NCBI GenBank assembly: GCA_039815185.1
Contig: JBCBZT010000019.1
Span: 1-64,000 of the forward strand
DNA: 64,000 bases
Source of the DNA: Cyanobacteria bacterium P01_A01_bin.123
Lineage (GTDB): Bacteria; Cyanobacteriota; Cyanobacteriia; Phormidesmidales; Phormidesmidaceae
Reading direction: 5' to 3'
Shown piece by piece: positions 63,626-64,000 of the stretch (positions are counted from its first letter, which is position 1; every line of letters starts with the position of its first letter). Made by a program: the position numbers and the translations under genes. The notes beneath the pieces are model-generated. The model had not been told where the DNA came from. It made no database searches and saw only the letters and a list, made by a program, of their open reading frames with translations.

Positions 63626-63662
63626 TTGGGGGAACCAACGGTTCAGAGACATGGATACAGAT

Positions 63663-64000
63663 CTAACGCCCTAATTTTTCCCGCATTTGCTGACGTAAAC
63701 TCAAGGCGTCTGCGTAATCTGGGTTCAACGTGATCGCTTGATCAACGGCGGCGATCGCCCGATCAAAGTGCTGCAAACTCCAAAGCGCAGCTCCCTTATT
63801 ATTCCAGGCTTCTGCTAAGTCAGCCTGAAGCTGAATCGCCTGATCAAATGCTTTTAGCGCTTCCTCAGGCTGCTTCAATTGCAGCAGCGTCGCCCCTCTA
63901 TTGTTCCAAGCCTCAGCGTTATCGGGCTCAAGTTCAATAGCCTGATCAAATAGCACTAGCGCCTCTGTATGACGCTGCTGTTGCTGCAGGGCAAATCCTT
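63663..64000 (-). CDS. TPR protein, C-terminal part (runs off window end)
   Basis: Repeated AWNNRG/AWNNKG TPR units. Confidence 0.88.
   Translation of the reverse strand, partial: GFALQQQQRHTEALVLFDQAIELEPDNAEAWNNRGATLLQLKQPEEALKAFDQAIQLQADLAEAWNNKGAALWSLQHFDRAIAAVDQAITLNPDYADALSLRQQMREKLGR

Overview
This 64-kb window is gene-dense chromosome from a cyanobacterium. The HIP1 octamer GCGATCGC is everywhere, and acsF, hemL, an ndhV-like gene and several cyanobacterial DUF families are present; the style suggests a filamentous Leptolyngbya/Nodosilinea-like organism (inference). Most of it is housekeeping: rpsU, acsF, tRNA-Val(GAC), ruvB, rbp, coaX, gmd/fcl, hisIE, hemL, gap1, purN, dcd, rph. Four signals are missing from or not explained by the ORF track. 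(1) A dispersed 58-85 bp intergenic element (7 near-complete and 2 partial copies) has conserved asymmetric ends that fold into a hairpin with one bulged base around a variable centre; three copies begin right after a stop codon. (2) Two paralogous units each comprise a structured leader, a YRG(V)SYTR peptide and a terminator, and look like variant glutamine-II (Downstream-peptide) riboswitch/DUF4278 loci. One encodes 58 aa, the other only 12 codons, and they bracket a secreted tandem-repeat protein. (3) A DUF4157 (eCIS core) protein with an AT-richer, unassigned C-terminal domain sits next to tRNA-Val, and two orphan SMI1/KNR4 genes lie elsewhere. (4) An uncharacterised four-gene envelope cluster includes a lysozyme-like protein and a degenerate M23-like lipoprotein. 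All family calls come from motif recognition by eye; no searches were run.
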